Made by a program: the position numbers and the translations under genes. From Botryllus schlosseri (taxonomy: Eukaryota), in NCBI GenBank assembly GCA_051294905.1, contig CM119371.1, positions 870,001 to 934,000 on the forward strand: a stretch of 64,000 nucleotides of DNA. The letters are read 5' to 3'. The notes beneath the pieces were generated by a model that saw only the letters and a list, made by a program, of their open reading frames with translations, searched no databases and had not been told where the DNA came from. This document shows positions 27,216-39,560 of this stretch, piece by piece (position 1 is the stretch's first letter; the number at the start of each line of letters is the position of its first letter).

Positions 27216-27397
27216 TACCAGGAATTGCAGCCAGATATATGTTTACAGACAGTCTTGTACAAACCACCAATCTAGTTAGTTGGCGATCAACTAACGACTG
27301 ATTTATTTAGTAGTTCTAGTTCTAGTAGCCGATTTTGAAAAGCGAGTAGTTCTAATCCTAGCTCATATTGCAGATTTCATAAAGTTAGTAGTGCTGG

Positions 27398-27810
27398 CAG
27401 GGTTCTAATGACTCGAGTCACGATTTTTGGTGACTCGACTTGACCCAAGTCATTTCCACAAATGCTCAAAATGACTTGAATTGAATCGAGTTATTTTGCA
27501 TATTGACTCGAACCCTAATAAATTGATGCTACTTTGTTCAATGTTAACAGGTTCATTTGTCAATCCTGACGTATTATTATGTCGGCCATTTTTGACGTCA
27601 TCGATCCCGCATACCCACGGGAAATAATAGTTAAGCGCCTATGGTAGGGACAGAGTTGTCGAGTCGGACTCGAGTCATTATCTTAAAAATGGAAAATGAC
27701 TCTGCTCGAGTCACTTTGTGTATTGAATCGACATCTGCTCCAGTCATTGAGCATGGCTCGGCCAACTCATGTGACTCAAGACATTCTTATCAACTTGATT
27801 CAAGTCTCGC
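27398..27810. repeat. GACTCGAGTC-rich MITE family fragment
   Basis: Starts CAGGGTTCTAATGACTCGAGTC with many GACTC/GAGTC motifs. Other copies at 29369-29900, ~34656-34800, ~38130-38200 and ~58650-58810. Confidence 0.6.
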
Positions 27811-27867
27811 GTATTAGTACTTGAAAAACAGGCCCACCCGTCCATAACTGGGTTTTATCTAGTTTAA

Positions 27868-28711
27868 CCCTTACGAGGTGGGGCCATATTTTGCAGAATT
27901 GACCTTCACTTTTCTGGGCCGTTCCAGTTTAAAAGTGGGCGTAGTATAGCCCTCTACCGATCCCACCCTTGATCGACATCCCATGACATGTATGAGGTTT
28001 TTTAATAAGTTTAAATAAACAATCATTTCCCCCCCGAAAATCTCTCTATCTCTCAATTTTCAAGGCTGACCCTCAGGATGGCGTCAGAGAGAGGAATGTG
28101 ATGCTTCACTGTTGCCTGGTTTCAAACAAGCCGTCAACCATGGTTTTAAACCGCGCGGTTCGTCAGATATAGAAAAATGGAAAATATATATAGAATTTAC
28201 AAATGGGCGTGGTCAGTGAGTGGTCATCAAGGTCGAGTTCATGATCAAGGCTCAATCGACCCCTACAGTCCGGTTTATGGCATAAAACAACGCGATATGC
28301 TTTCTTTTGTCATATCCAACCATTTGCAGGCAGAGTAAACCTGTTTATGACTCATATGCCGACTGAATTTGCACTTGAACTTGAAAATCACTGAAGCGTG
28401 ACCAAAATTTACAAATATCCCTCAGAAAACGTTTTGATGTTTGAAAGGGTGAACATTTACACAGAAAACCGTACCTGTCGACTTCTGCTGTTCTGGCAGA
28501 TTTTCGGGAAGTTTTAGGTGATAGCCATATTTTATTTTTAATTTTTTGTTTATTTTTACAAACCAAAATTTTTGAGTAAGGTACCAAATACATCGGAAAA
28601 GTCTCAGCTTTTCAAAATACGTAGTACCCGATGTCTAGGGCGTGTCATAACATGGAGAAATCGGTGTCGGTGACATGCCATATCATATATGATACGCCCA
28701 CCTCGTAAGGG
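27868..28711. mobile_element. Non-autonomous piggyBac-like element
   Basis: TTAA|CCCTTACGAGGTGGG...CCCACCTCGTAAGGG|TTAA. Confidence 0.9.
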
Positions 28712-29368
28712 TTAAGAAGCATTTTACGAGTGACAAACATGGGTATATTATGGTTGTTACTGGTAGTGCAGGGAAAATACCAAATATTCAAATCTGGGAT
28801 CATTAATATTTTTCAAAAATTCAAATTCATACTTACTCACTTTTAACCTACCCAGTATGTCTGCCAGACGTTGATGATGTTGGTCAGATTGCAACTGATC
28901 GGTTGATATTGAAACGCAATTGGCTTTTACGATTAGCTTATGATGCATTACAGAAGCAGGCCTTCAATGATACGTTATGTGCGATCATCTTCTGCTTGCA
29001 ATCCACTGTAACAAAATCAAGAATGTTGGTGTGAGTTGTAATCAATGAACGTATCAATCTAGAACAGGTTTTTCGACCCAGGTATTCCTACCAGCAGATG
29101 TGGTATATAGAGAGTTGGTCAGATCAGAGTACTCGAATGTGATTCAAGTATTAATCATGACTTCACTAACATGTCATTTCCACAAACATAGTTTTGAACG
29201 ACTATTTCGGTATGCTCTAACGATCAATCTAGATTCAAGGCTTCTGCAGTGTAAAAAAAATTATTATAACCATAATTTTTGTCGATGAATGAACTCCTAC
29301 TGGTAACTAGCCCAGGACTAGTATGAGTTAATTTATCAACAAAATTTAAGGTTTTAATAATATTGTAC

Positions 29369-29900
29369 CAGGGTTATAATGACTCGAGTCAAGATTTTCT
29401 GATGAATCGAGTCATTTTATCAAATTATGGGAATGACTCGACTTGAGTCAATCTGCGTATTGACTTGACTTGGTCTCGAGTCATTGCTGATGACTCGAGA
29501 CACAGACGGTCCAGACCGACATTTCATTGTAATTTCGAAGAATAGTAAAGTAACCACAATATTGGGATTTCGTCTATTGGTTCTGGTACTTGAAAATGTG
29601 ACTAGAAACTGCTAAAAGTGAGGAAAATGAGTATATTATAAAGGCGAACCATTCGATATTACCATACAGAGTTATAAAATGTTGATTTAATCTGACTTCA
29701 ACTGGAAACTGAGCAGTCAACAACAGTGACTTGAATTCGAGGCATAATAACCATGACTCGAACTAGACTCTCTGCTCGCTGAATTGGACTCGGACATGAC
29801 TCAGTGGTGAATTGAAAATGACTCGACGCGATACCAAATCAAAACTATAAAAGTAAGATTGACTCGTGACTCAGAGCCTTATGATTTGGTTAGAACTATG
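29369..29900. mobile_element. GACTCGAGTC-rich MITE (near full-length)
   Basis: CAGGGTTATAA...TTAGAACTATG termini with subterminal GACTC arrays at both ends. Confidence 0.6.
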
Positions 29901-32683
29901 CCTCGCAGGGTATTTTGTTATTGAATAGTACAATGACTTGTACAAGCTTAAGCTACAATTTAGTTAGTTGCCGGAAACTAACAACCGGTTTTTGAGCAGT
30001 TTTAACTTCCAGTCGCGTATTTTAAAAAGTGAGTCGTTTTAGTTCGAATAGGACATTTAAAATGAAAATAAAAATAAAAAAGGGAAAATACGTGTCATCG
30101 TTTGGCCCAAATCAATCTTTTGCATTTTCGTTTTTTTCCAATTTCTTCCAATCTATTGTGCCGAGACCTTCAGTGGCTTGCGTTCCTACACAGAAAACGA
30201 CATAGGGTCAATGACGTCAGCATTGTAATTTTGTAGAACTTTTGATAGGTCAATCGCAGGTGGGGTGGCTACTTACGAAGTTGCGTCATGACTTGGACAA
30301 AAAGAAAATTTTGAGCTTTTCTGAATTAGATTAGAATTAGAGCTACACAGCTTTTCCAAATTAGATTATAATTAGAATTACTGATTTTGCAAAAATTGTC
30401 TACGGGCCTTCACCAAGCTTGGCTCGTTTTTTACTATACCAGGGGTCTGACCTGATTTGAGATTTCGGTAGTACGCGGAATAAAGCATTTTGAAATGCTA
30501 AAATTGATTTCAGTTTCCAAATTATTATTGTTGTTGTTTCAAAATAAGCGATTCGCATGTGCCCAACAGCACTATTCCACACTAGCTGAAACAGCTTCTG
30601 CGATGGCAACAGCATTCCATAGAGGGAGATTCAGCTTATATCAATAAGCATATTGTCTTGACATGCAATGGCCCAGACACTGCCAAGACAAAGCGGCCTA
30701 GGACGTCCCCCCAAGATCGATCTTCAGGATGAGATAGTCTTTCAGAGTTGATTGAAATTAGATTACTGGCAGTTCGCTCATTTCTGCCTTGAAGTGACAT
30801 AATGAAATGTGTTGATAGAGAAAATCCATTAAGATTTTTGTGGATAGGCTTCTCTCTCATTGCACTCTGCTAACACACAATCAAAATGATAAATCCTGTT
30901 ACCAGTGCTTGATCTTATATGTCACACCACATTTGCAGGATGTTGTGGAAGTAAGATATTTTTGAATCAGGTAAAGTTCAGAGAATCATTGATGTAAAAT
31001 TTCCATTTAAACTGCATCACACACATCTTATTACCTTGTAAGGTCTTCTGAGATAACTGAAATTCAACAAACCTGTCAGGTATCCTTCTGGTGGCCTGAA
31101 TTTGGGCATACTAGGCAGTATTCCCTTTTCCGTCTTTCTTCTTGAGTGACCGATTCTTGCGACGAATATTATCTTGAAACGATGTCGGTTGGGATTCTAT
31201 TGAGTATCGGAATCATTTGAGAAGTCAATTTCGTTTTCTAGCTTCCGTTCTGTGAGAAATTTTGATGAACGCTGTTTTTTGATTTCAGGAGCTATCCTAG
31301 AATGTAGGAATCGGTTCATATGGCCAAGAAATACAGCCCTCGTATCTGATATCCTAATATGTCTTCAGAAACAGCACCAAGGCTATTAGAGATGTCAATA
31401 GTTTAGAGCAGTGGTTCTCACAGATTTTAGAGCGCGACCAAATTTTGTGTTATTTTACATTTCGCAACTCAAGATTCGCAAACAGTGAAAATGCATTTCT
31501 TACACAAGTAAGCCCATGCAGCTATTTTACGAGCATGTATGAATCAGACAAGGTGCAGAAAAAAAGACGGTCAATATCAAAGTAGGCTACCTATACTTTT
31601 CCAAAGTACTCAAGTAGATTTCATCAGATCTGCTAACCATATTTAGGCAGAACCACTTACTTTTTCGACGTTGGATTTTGCAAACTAGAAGTTGGTTTTG
31701 GGATAGGTTCCGAGCACTTTTACGTAGAAAATTTTTACGTAAATTTCCATAAATGTGAAGTAGCGTCTGCATCACGGTCATTAAAATTATTTTCAACAAT
31801 GCCACCAATTATTGAAAATATTTCTTGGCTCATTTTCAATTCAGTATTTTGCATTGTAATTGCTGACAATTAGCCACAATTGACAACACACGGCATGCGA
31901 TTTAATTAATTAGTTGCAGATCTTCAAATATCATGGTTCGAGTTTAGTTGCACATCTCAAAAATCCAGTGGTTTGAACAAGTTTGCTGATTTACATTATT
32001 TTAGGAAGTGTGTAGGCCTATACTAGTGATTCTCATTGGCTGAAAGATGATCAAGTGTAGTCAAGCAGGAATGACGGCAGAGAATAAAGCATATAACGAG
32101 CAAAGCTAATGTCGGATATAATATCACAAATATCAGCATCAATAGGAATTTTACCTGTTTCCCTATGAAAATTCCACACTTGACCTGTGACTGGTCCAAA
32201 AATGTCGGGATTGATATCGATTGAAACTTCTCAAAGCTTTCAAAAAGCGCGTTCAATTGTTTGTGTGTGAAACTGATGAATTTGTATCAGAGATTTCTTC
32301 CAACTTCTAACATGTAGGCAGTAGTTCTTCAGATCTCGTATCACTCGAGATTCCGTGATAACTACACCGCGTCGATCTTTGCATTGAAACAGAAGTCCCT
32401 GAAAACATGATCGCATCAGTTTATCAAAGCACTCATAAGGTAAACGTGTTAGTCAATAGCAAGGAAAAGCTATACAGTCGAGTATGCCATTTCGGACAGT
32501 TTTGTTTTGCTTCCTTTCGGCAAAAATGAGCGGAGACGCTGCTTTGTTCAAATTAACCGGAAAATCAATTTCGTTTTATGGCAACCAGTTAAACCCCATA
32601 TTTTTGTCGAGTAACAAAAAAAAACTATCACGATACACATCTAATACATTACTATAGAACTCTTATGAGTGCGGAATGACTTA

Positions 32684-33615
32684 CCGTAATTTTCCATGTA
32701 TAATGCGCAAAATTTTCACGATTTTTTTCCCTAAAATCAGGGGGTGCGTACTATACATGGGAACAACATGCTTGAAAAAAATCCCGTTCGATAAAAAACT
32801 TGAAATCGCACCTATCTTTATTCTTCATGTTTGTTTCCAATTGCGCATCACTTTCAGCCATCGCGCGTAGTTATTAGTGGGAAGCGTGTATCCAATTAAC
32901 GAGAGTCGTGTGCAAGAGCACGCGATCTCCTGCTGAGTTGGTTTGCCATTTGTACGCGAGCGAAATTAGGTCAGTAATAGACACTCGCAAGCGGCAATTC
33001 TCGCCAATTCATCGCGTCAACGACAAGCCCGAACAATCGCATACGCAATTTATACATGCACAAGAGGCCATGTGCGCAAGATATAATTGCTTGCGTAATC
33101 AGTTGCATCTTGAACAGACCTGTAGCGCATGACATAACCGTTAGCCTAGGCGCAATTGCATCTATAATAGGCATCGTGCGCAAGATGTCGGTTCGTTGGC
33201 CTAAACTAACTCGTAACCGGCCTCGCAGGCTTTGGCTGCTATCTACTATCGTTTAGAGACAATACCGTTAATTGTATAATGATTAGCACTCGCATCTGTA
33301 AAAGGTCTCCTCGTGCTCAAGATGTCGTGTCGGTAGCCTGAACTATCGCGCCGCCCGCCACGCAGGCTTTGGCTACTATCTATTATCGCTTAAAGACAAT
33401 CTCGGTAATTGTATAATGACTAGCGATCGTTGTGTAATGATTGTCCAAGACTGACATCGCAAAACAGAATGACATCGTATACGAAAGCGGAACTATTCAT
33501 GTACTGAAATGCAGGGTGCGTATTATACATGGGTTTAGGCTTTTTCCAAGAATTTACATGCTATTTTAGGGGTGCGTATTATACATGGGGGCGTACTATA
33601 CTTGGAAAATTATGG
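32684..33615. mobile_element. Non-autonomous pogo/Tigger-like (Tc1/mariner) element
   Basis: TA|CCGTAATTTTCCATGTATA...TATACTTGGAAAATTATGG|TA; repeated GGGTGCGTA(C/T)TATACATGG subterminal motifs. Confidence 0.85.
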
Positions 33616-33689
33616 TATGCATCAAGCTTCGGTGTTAAGAAAAACAAAACCGTTGAAACACGATCATCACACAAAATACACGACTGTAT

Positions 33690-34370
33690 ATCAGTGTGAC
33701 TTCTGTTGTATGAGACGGATGTGTGTTTACTTCCCGTGAAACTCGAGACTGGTCCAGAGCAAACTTGGACAACTAGATAATTGTAGGTATCAAATCACAC
33801 TAATTAGAGGAAATTATGGCAATCTAATTAAAACATACATTGTGAAGAGTTCCTTTGCTTTAATTTTAATTCTAATCTGAGTTCGTGGAATGTTTCTAAC
33901 CTCTAGTTTAAATTCTGATCAAATTTCTGGTTTTCCCAAAAATGCTACCTAGGGGAACTGTATCGTGCAAATCGAGTCAAGCTTCCTGTACAGACCGTTG
34001 TCGTTCTCTTGCTTATGAGACTGAGGTTTGATTTAATGTGAACTGGACTTCATTCCATGTCCAAGTTTTCGCGAATTAAGTGATTCTAATTCCAATCAAA
34101 TTTTGAAAAATTGTGTAGATTTAACTTTAATTCCAATTGAATTAAGGAAAATTGTGTAGATTTAACACCGATTCTAATCTTAATTTGAAAAAAAGTATAG
34201 TTATAATTATAATTCTAAATCTAGTATAGTTTGTGAAAAAACTGTGGCTTTTAGCCGTCATTCATTTCCAATCTGATTTTGAAAAGTTGAAAATGATCTA
34301 GTTGTTAAAATCTGGCTCATAGAACCCCTGGAGTTATCGTGTGAAACCCCGGTTAGGAATCATTGCTTCA
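33690..34370. repeat. Dispersed repeat with AATTCTAATCT arrays
   Basis: Clear similarity to ~40680-41270; shorter pieces near 1920-2040, 15720-15860, 40580-40670 and 63800-64000. Confidence 0.7.
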
Positions 34371-35508
34371 AGATAGCCTAATTGGAAAGTACGTTAATAG
34401 TTGTGAAGCTGACATACCTACAACTTTTTGTCACATCTAGGAAGATTGTGAGCACAAAGTCGAATTGTGCGTTGCATTTTTCAGTTTGGCCCGCTTTGCA
34501 TTTTCAATCTTTGCAAGTTTCTTCCATTCTATTGCATTGAGACCTTCAGCGGCTTGCGTTCCTACACAAAAAATCACAGGTGGTCATGAAGTCAGCATCG
34601 CACTTTTCTACTAGTGGTATCCATAGATGGCTATACTTTCTAAGTAGCTTCACGCAGGGTTGTTGATTCGACTTGAGTCATTTCTTGAAATGACTCGACT
34701 CGAGTCAATTTTTGTATTGACTCGATTTGAACTCGAGTGATTGCGTATGACTCTAACCAAGACACATGACTCAAGACTGGGACGGCCAAGACATACATTT
34801 CATTGTAAGCTCGAAATATAGTGAAGCCACCGCATCATTGGTATGTCTTCCGTTAGTCCTGATACTTGGAAAATACGGCCAGTAGCTGTTAGGACTTAAG
34901 AAAAGTACGATATTCTTCTATATTACTCGAGTAGAGTTTAAAAAGTGGGTTGAATCCGATTGACTTTAAAACTGAACAGTGAACACAATTAATTTGTTTC
35001 CATGCAGTGCCGATGGATGAACAAAATGCCATGAAACATGCATTGTACATGTCGGCCATGTTTCCATGACCAGGCCTAACCCAACCGTGTCTTGGCCGAA
35101 CAAGGCGGACATGTACGTTTTTATCTTACTTATTCATTATTAATTTTCACCACATCACAAGATGGCGATAAAATGACTTGGTAAGAAGGAGCCGATACGA
35201 CTAGAAGCGACCATTCAATCAAACGACCCACTTCGACCTGGAACAGGCAGGTAGGCTGAAATTGAACATATAAAAATGGTCCCGCAAATGAATTTTTGGG
35301 GTTGCAACACCTTGCATCTTTTTGAAATGCCGATTCTACCTCCAATATTACTTGGCTCGTTTGCAATTCAGTAGTTTGTATTACAGTATTATCAGTTGTT
35401 AGTTCCTTGTGTTTGAGTTAGTACGGCATCAGATTTTCGAAGGTCGTTAGTTTTAGATCAGAGGTTCTAAAACTGGGTGCGTGAAACCATCTGAAGGGAG
35501 GCGCGGAG

Positions 35509-36679
35509 TAGGGTTAGTTCGGATATCAATAATTTTCACTATCCGGATAACGGATATATCCGTATATTTGGAATTAAAGCTAACCGGTTAACCGGATAGT
35601 GAATCCTAAGTGATATAATCGATTTCACGAGGTCTGCATGAAAAATAGATCGCAAAATCATTACACAATGTAATTGCAGCTCCCTCCTTATAAAGCACAC
35701 CGCATCAATAGTGGCATCCTGTAGCCGGGACCGGAGTTTTGTAACAAAGAGTCTACACGTATTAGATGCTCTTTCTGCTTCCACAAAATGGGCTGAAGCA
35801 AGGCTGAATATAGTAAGCAGCGCTTCCTTTTTGCCCATTTTTCTGTTTAGGTGTCAAGTAGCCTACTGGAAGGACGAGTAGCTGATACCGGAATTGAGGC
35901 CGACATGATAGCTCACTCTAATTCCTCCATGAGAAATTCACATGATCAGGCCCGTAGCCAGCCGAAAAATAAGGAGGATGTTTTAAACAAAACGAGGTGG
36001 TTCGAATTTTTTCGAATTTAGTATCAGCGTAAATCAATTACGCTTGCACGCACGAACATGTTTCCGGAATGCGAACATTCGATGTCATTCAGTTTCGCAA
36101 TGTCACTCATTAATCACAATCGCTGATCATAATAATCTCAGCGGCATATTGTCTCCAAGCCACCAAGAGATAGGAGCCAACGCATGCAAGGCCCGAGACT
36201 ATGGTTACGCCAGCGATGATATGGTTCGTACTATGCCTATTGCAGATGCGATTGTGCAGGCCAGCGATAATATCGTGAGCACCAAGCCGATGCAGATGCG
36301 ATTATGTAGGTCAGTGATGGTATAATGTCCACAGAGCCTATTGCAGATGAACTATAGGCTTGTTGAAGACTCAAAAAACCAGGCCAGCAACGATAGCCGA
36401 GTTCGCGGCAATCCATGACCTAATGTGGCTATCTTCTCAGCGGGAGATTCCGTCGCGTTACACAGTGCATTGACGTATCCCGCTAATTGGCGACACGCTT
36501 CTCGCTAATTGGCCACGCGAAACACTGATAATACGACTTATTGAAGCTTACTAAAAGTTTAAAACACATTATTAACGATACTATTTTATCCGGTTAACCG
36601 GCAGATTTATATCCGGATATCGAATAATAATAAAACCTGCGGTTAACCGGTTAACCGTTATCCGGATAATCCAACCCTA
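35509..36679 (-). mobile_element. Internally deleted hAT (Ac-type TAGGG termini) element retaining a transposase dimerisation-domain remnant
   Basis: TAGGGTT...AACCCTA termini, perfect 8-bp TSD GCGCGGAG, (T)CCGGATA/GGTTAACC subterminal repeats. Minus-strand VEAERASNTCRLFVTKLRSRLQDATIDAVCFIR (~35680-35790) resembles the hAT C-terminal S..ER.FS motif. Confidence 0.85.
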
Positions 36680-37613
36680 GCGCGGAGCTGTGATAAAATA
36701 AAAAAATAAAATTCGCGATTTGCGCAGTTTACCTCCAATTCCATATTAGAGGATTCTCAACATCAACAGTCATAACTGACTACGGCGATTTTTGTTACAT
36801 GTCAAAAAATGTCAAAATTGTTTACAAAGTGATATACAACTTTTTTGCAATCTGCATTTCGTTTATATTGTAGATTTTGCAGTGTCAGTACACTTATCAT
36901 CTGACATTCACCGCTTGCAGCCTACTTTATAGGCCTACTGTTGTAGACGGCACATTGTCTGCGCATTGTGAATCATAAACATTCAAATGAAACAAACAGG
37001 TTGGCATGGTGATATGCTCAACGTACCGCAATAACCTAGCTGAAGCAACACTGCGTGGGCAATGCATGGTACTTATATCGGGAAGCGTTGTACTTCTTAA
37101 CATTTTAATTATTTCTACCATAATACGTAATGTTACTACTGTAATGCTTCATAGGGCCAGATTTCGTTAAAATAAATTTTTCAATGTAAAAATTTTTCAG
37201 TTATATAGGCAAAATAAAATTTTCAGGATAAACTACGTAGTAAGAACAAACAGTTCCAATCAGAGGTAAAGATAAGTAGTATAATTCTAACGTTATGGGG
37301 GAAAACAACTGATTTGTATATGTTAGGTCGAATTTGGTGTGATTTTTCAAGTGGAATATGTCGAAATTTTGATTTTTTAGGTCAAAATCTTTCAATTTTT
37401 AGGTAAAAAAAAAAACTGATCAATACCATCCATGCCATCAAACTATCCGTTGGGATTGGCTGCGTTCTGATTGTGTTTGTGATATGACGATAAGGGGGCG
37501 CAAAGCGAGTACAGATTTTGGAAATCCAGTAGTTTATTCACGTCTGGTTACAGCACCGGAATGGTCGTTTGAAAGTACGGTAAGTATGAACGAGTCTACT
37601 TACGTTTTCCTTA

Positions 37614-37745
37614 CATTTCAGCGAGTTGATACAATTTGCCACTTTGTCAGAGGTGAAGTCATGAATCGAACGAGAGCACATCCCTTGGACATGCCGACGG
37701 CGGAATTGATGGCAATCTGAATAGAAGATGTCAAGAATGTGACAG
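37614..37745 (-). pseudogene. Decayed RRM (RNP1) exon, RBM28/NOP4-like, copy 2
   Basis: IQIAINSAVGMSKGCALVRFMTS, then DKVANCINSL in a shifted frame, ending at a GTAAGG donor. Confidence 0.55.
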
Positions 37746-38383
37746 CAACGTATTGAGTTGTATGAATATGTGCAGGAAAATAATGTACAAGCATATGACA
37801 TCTGATGACCATACGCAAAACACATTTGATATCAAAAAGGAAGCATCAAGTTTCTCATTCAATTCCAACTTTTTGATATTTGCCGTCGACTTACACACAC
37901 TTGCCACAAACAAATTTTGAGTTCAAGCAAGTGTATTTGTGTCTGAAGCTAGTTAAAAAATGCCATCATATTTGTCAGTTGGTGAGACAGATACCGACGG
38001 TTCTATATCGAGGCAAGGGTATTGTTAGCGGCAAGTTTCAAGCTGAGATACGCATGCGTGTTTGTGAAAGCACAGCCTGTTGAAGTGGTCTGGCGGACAG
38101 TTTTGAGATGAACCGATTCACTTTGCAAAAATGACTTGACTCAATGTTTCAGAAATGCGGATTGACTCGTGACTCGAAGCAAAATCAAGTCAAGTCATCA
38201 AGAAATCGGTGTCTCTATAAATCGCTGTATACTTTACAAAATGTTCGGATTGTTCTCGATACGCTGGTGTGACTCGTGAGAGCGACGAATCTCATTCATT
38301 CAATGATGTTGCGTTTTACTGAACTAGAGTAGGTCAGCACCATAATACTGACGAGTTTGTGCTGAATATGAGCCCGCACATAC

Positions 38384-38528
38384 CTGGTCGAACAAAAACT
38401 TTTCTGTCGAGATACAAATTCCTCTTGCAATCCTTCTCATTTTATTACTTCTTCTGTTGATTTATCATCCTTTCAAGGCTGCTCTCAGATTGATTAACTC
38501 GAATCTCATTCCCGTCCAGGTTGTTGCC
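38384..38528 (-). pseudogene. Decayed RBM28/NOP4-like exon, copy C
   Basis: ttgtag|GNNLDGNEIRVNQSESSLERMINQQKK**NEKDCKRNLYLDRKVFVRP-G|gtatgt. Confidence 0.65.
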
Positions 38529-39432
38529 CTACAATGGTAGTCACAAAGTTACACATATGTTTACAGACAGACTTGTACAACAGGTGTTAAAAAACAAAAC
38601 TTTTTTTCAAATTTTCATCGCCCTAATTGTCAAATCGTCAGGTTATCTTGAAAAAACGTTGCACAACAAATTTGACTCAATTCCAACTAGTAGATGTCGA
38701 GGTCAGTCAAATTGAAATTTTTGTTATTTTATAAATAGTACTGTAGTAGTATTTACAGTGACCAATTTCGTCTCTCCGAAATGACCCAAAATCGTGTGCC
38801 AGGTCTGCCTGAAGAGGCAGGGAAGTCTTCTCCACTTGTTTTGATCTTGACAAGGGCCTATGGTGGAGTTTGGATGGAGACATCGCCAGTAAACGAATAA
38901 AAGATATGACCTGGATTAGCTAGAAGTTAGTCCACTTCATTGAAATAGACACGTTTAAACGCTGGTGAGATATTCTAAATAGACTAGGCCTACTTTATGC
39001 ACTGAAATTAGGTGACCTGACGATTTGACAACCAAGTCGCTGAAATTTGAAAATAGAAAGTTTTTTTTTACAGTCTTACAGTCATTGCTAGCTCAGAATC
39101 ATGACTACCGACAGCCTGAGGATATGTTTTGAGCGTCAGAACTCCTTCTATTTCAAGCTCGAAACCCGGGCCTTTTGAAAAGCCGATCTGCAATACTTCT
39201 TAGTTCATTTGTAATTCAGTAGTTTGTATTAATATTAGTTATTAGTTCATTGTGTTTTAGTTAGTACGGCATTGGATTTGCAAACATCGCTAGTTCTAGA
39301 TCTCATTGACATAGCAAGTTTTGCAAAGTGAGTACATATTTTGAAAATCCAGTAGTTAGTACAAGTCTGGTTACGGCGTCGGAATAGTGGTTTAAAAGTA
39401 AGCATGGACGTATCTACCCACGTTTCCCTTAC

Positions 39433-39560
39433 CATTCAGTGAGTCGATGCAATTTGTCACTTCTTTGGATGTGAGGTCTTGAATTGGACGAGACCACATC
39501 CCTTACACATGTCAATGGCGGAATTGATGGAGACCTGAATACACAAGATGTCAAAGTGAC
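39433..39560 (-). pseudogene. Decayed RRM (RNP1) exon, RBM28/NOP4-like, copy 3
   Basis: CIQVSINSAIDMCKGCGLVQFKTS, ending ...CTGAATG|gtaagg. Lies upstream (minus strand) of exon copy C, in the expected gene order. Confidence 0.55.
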
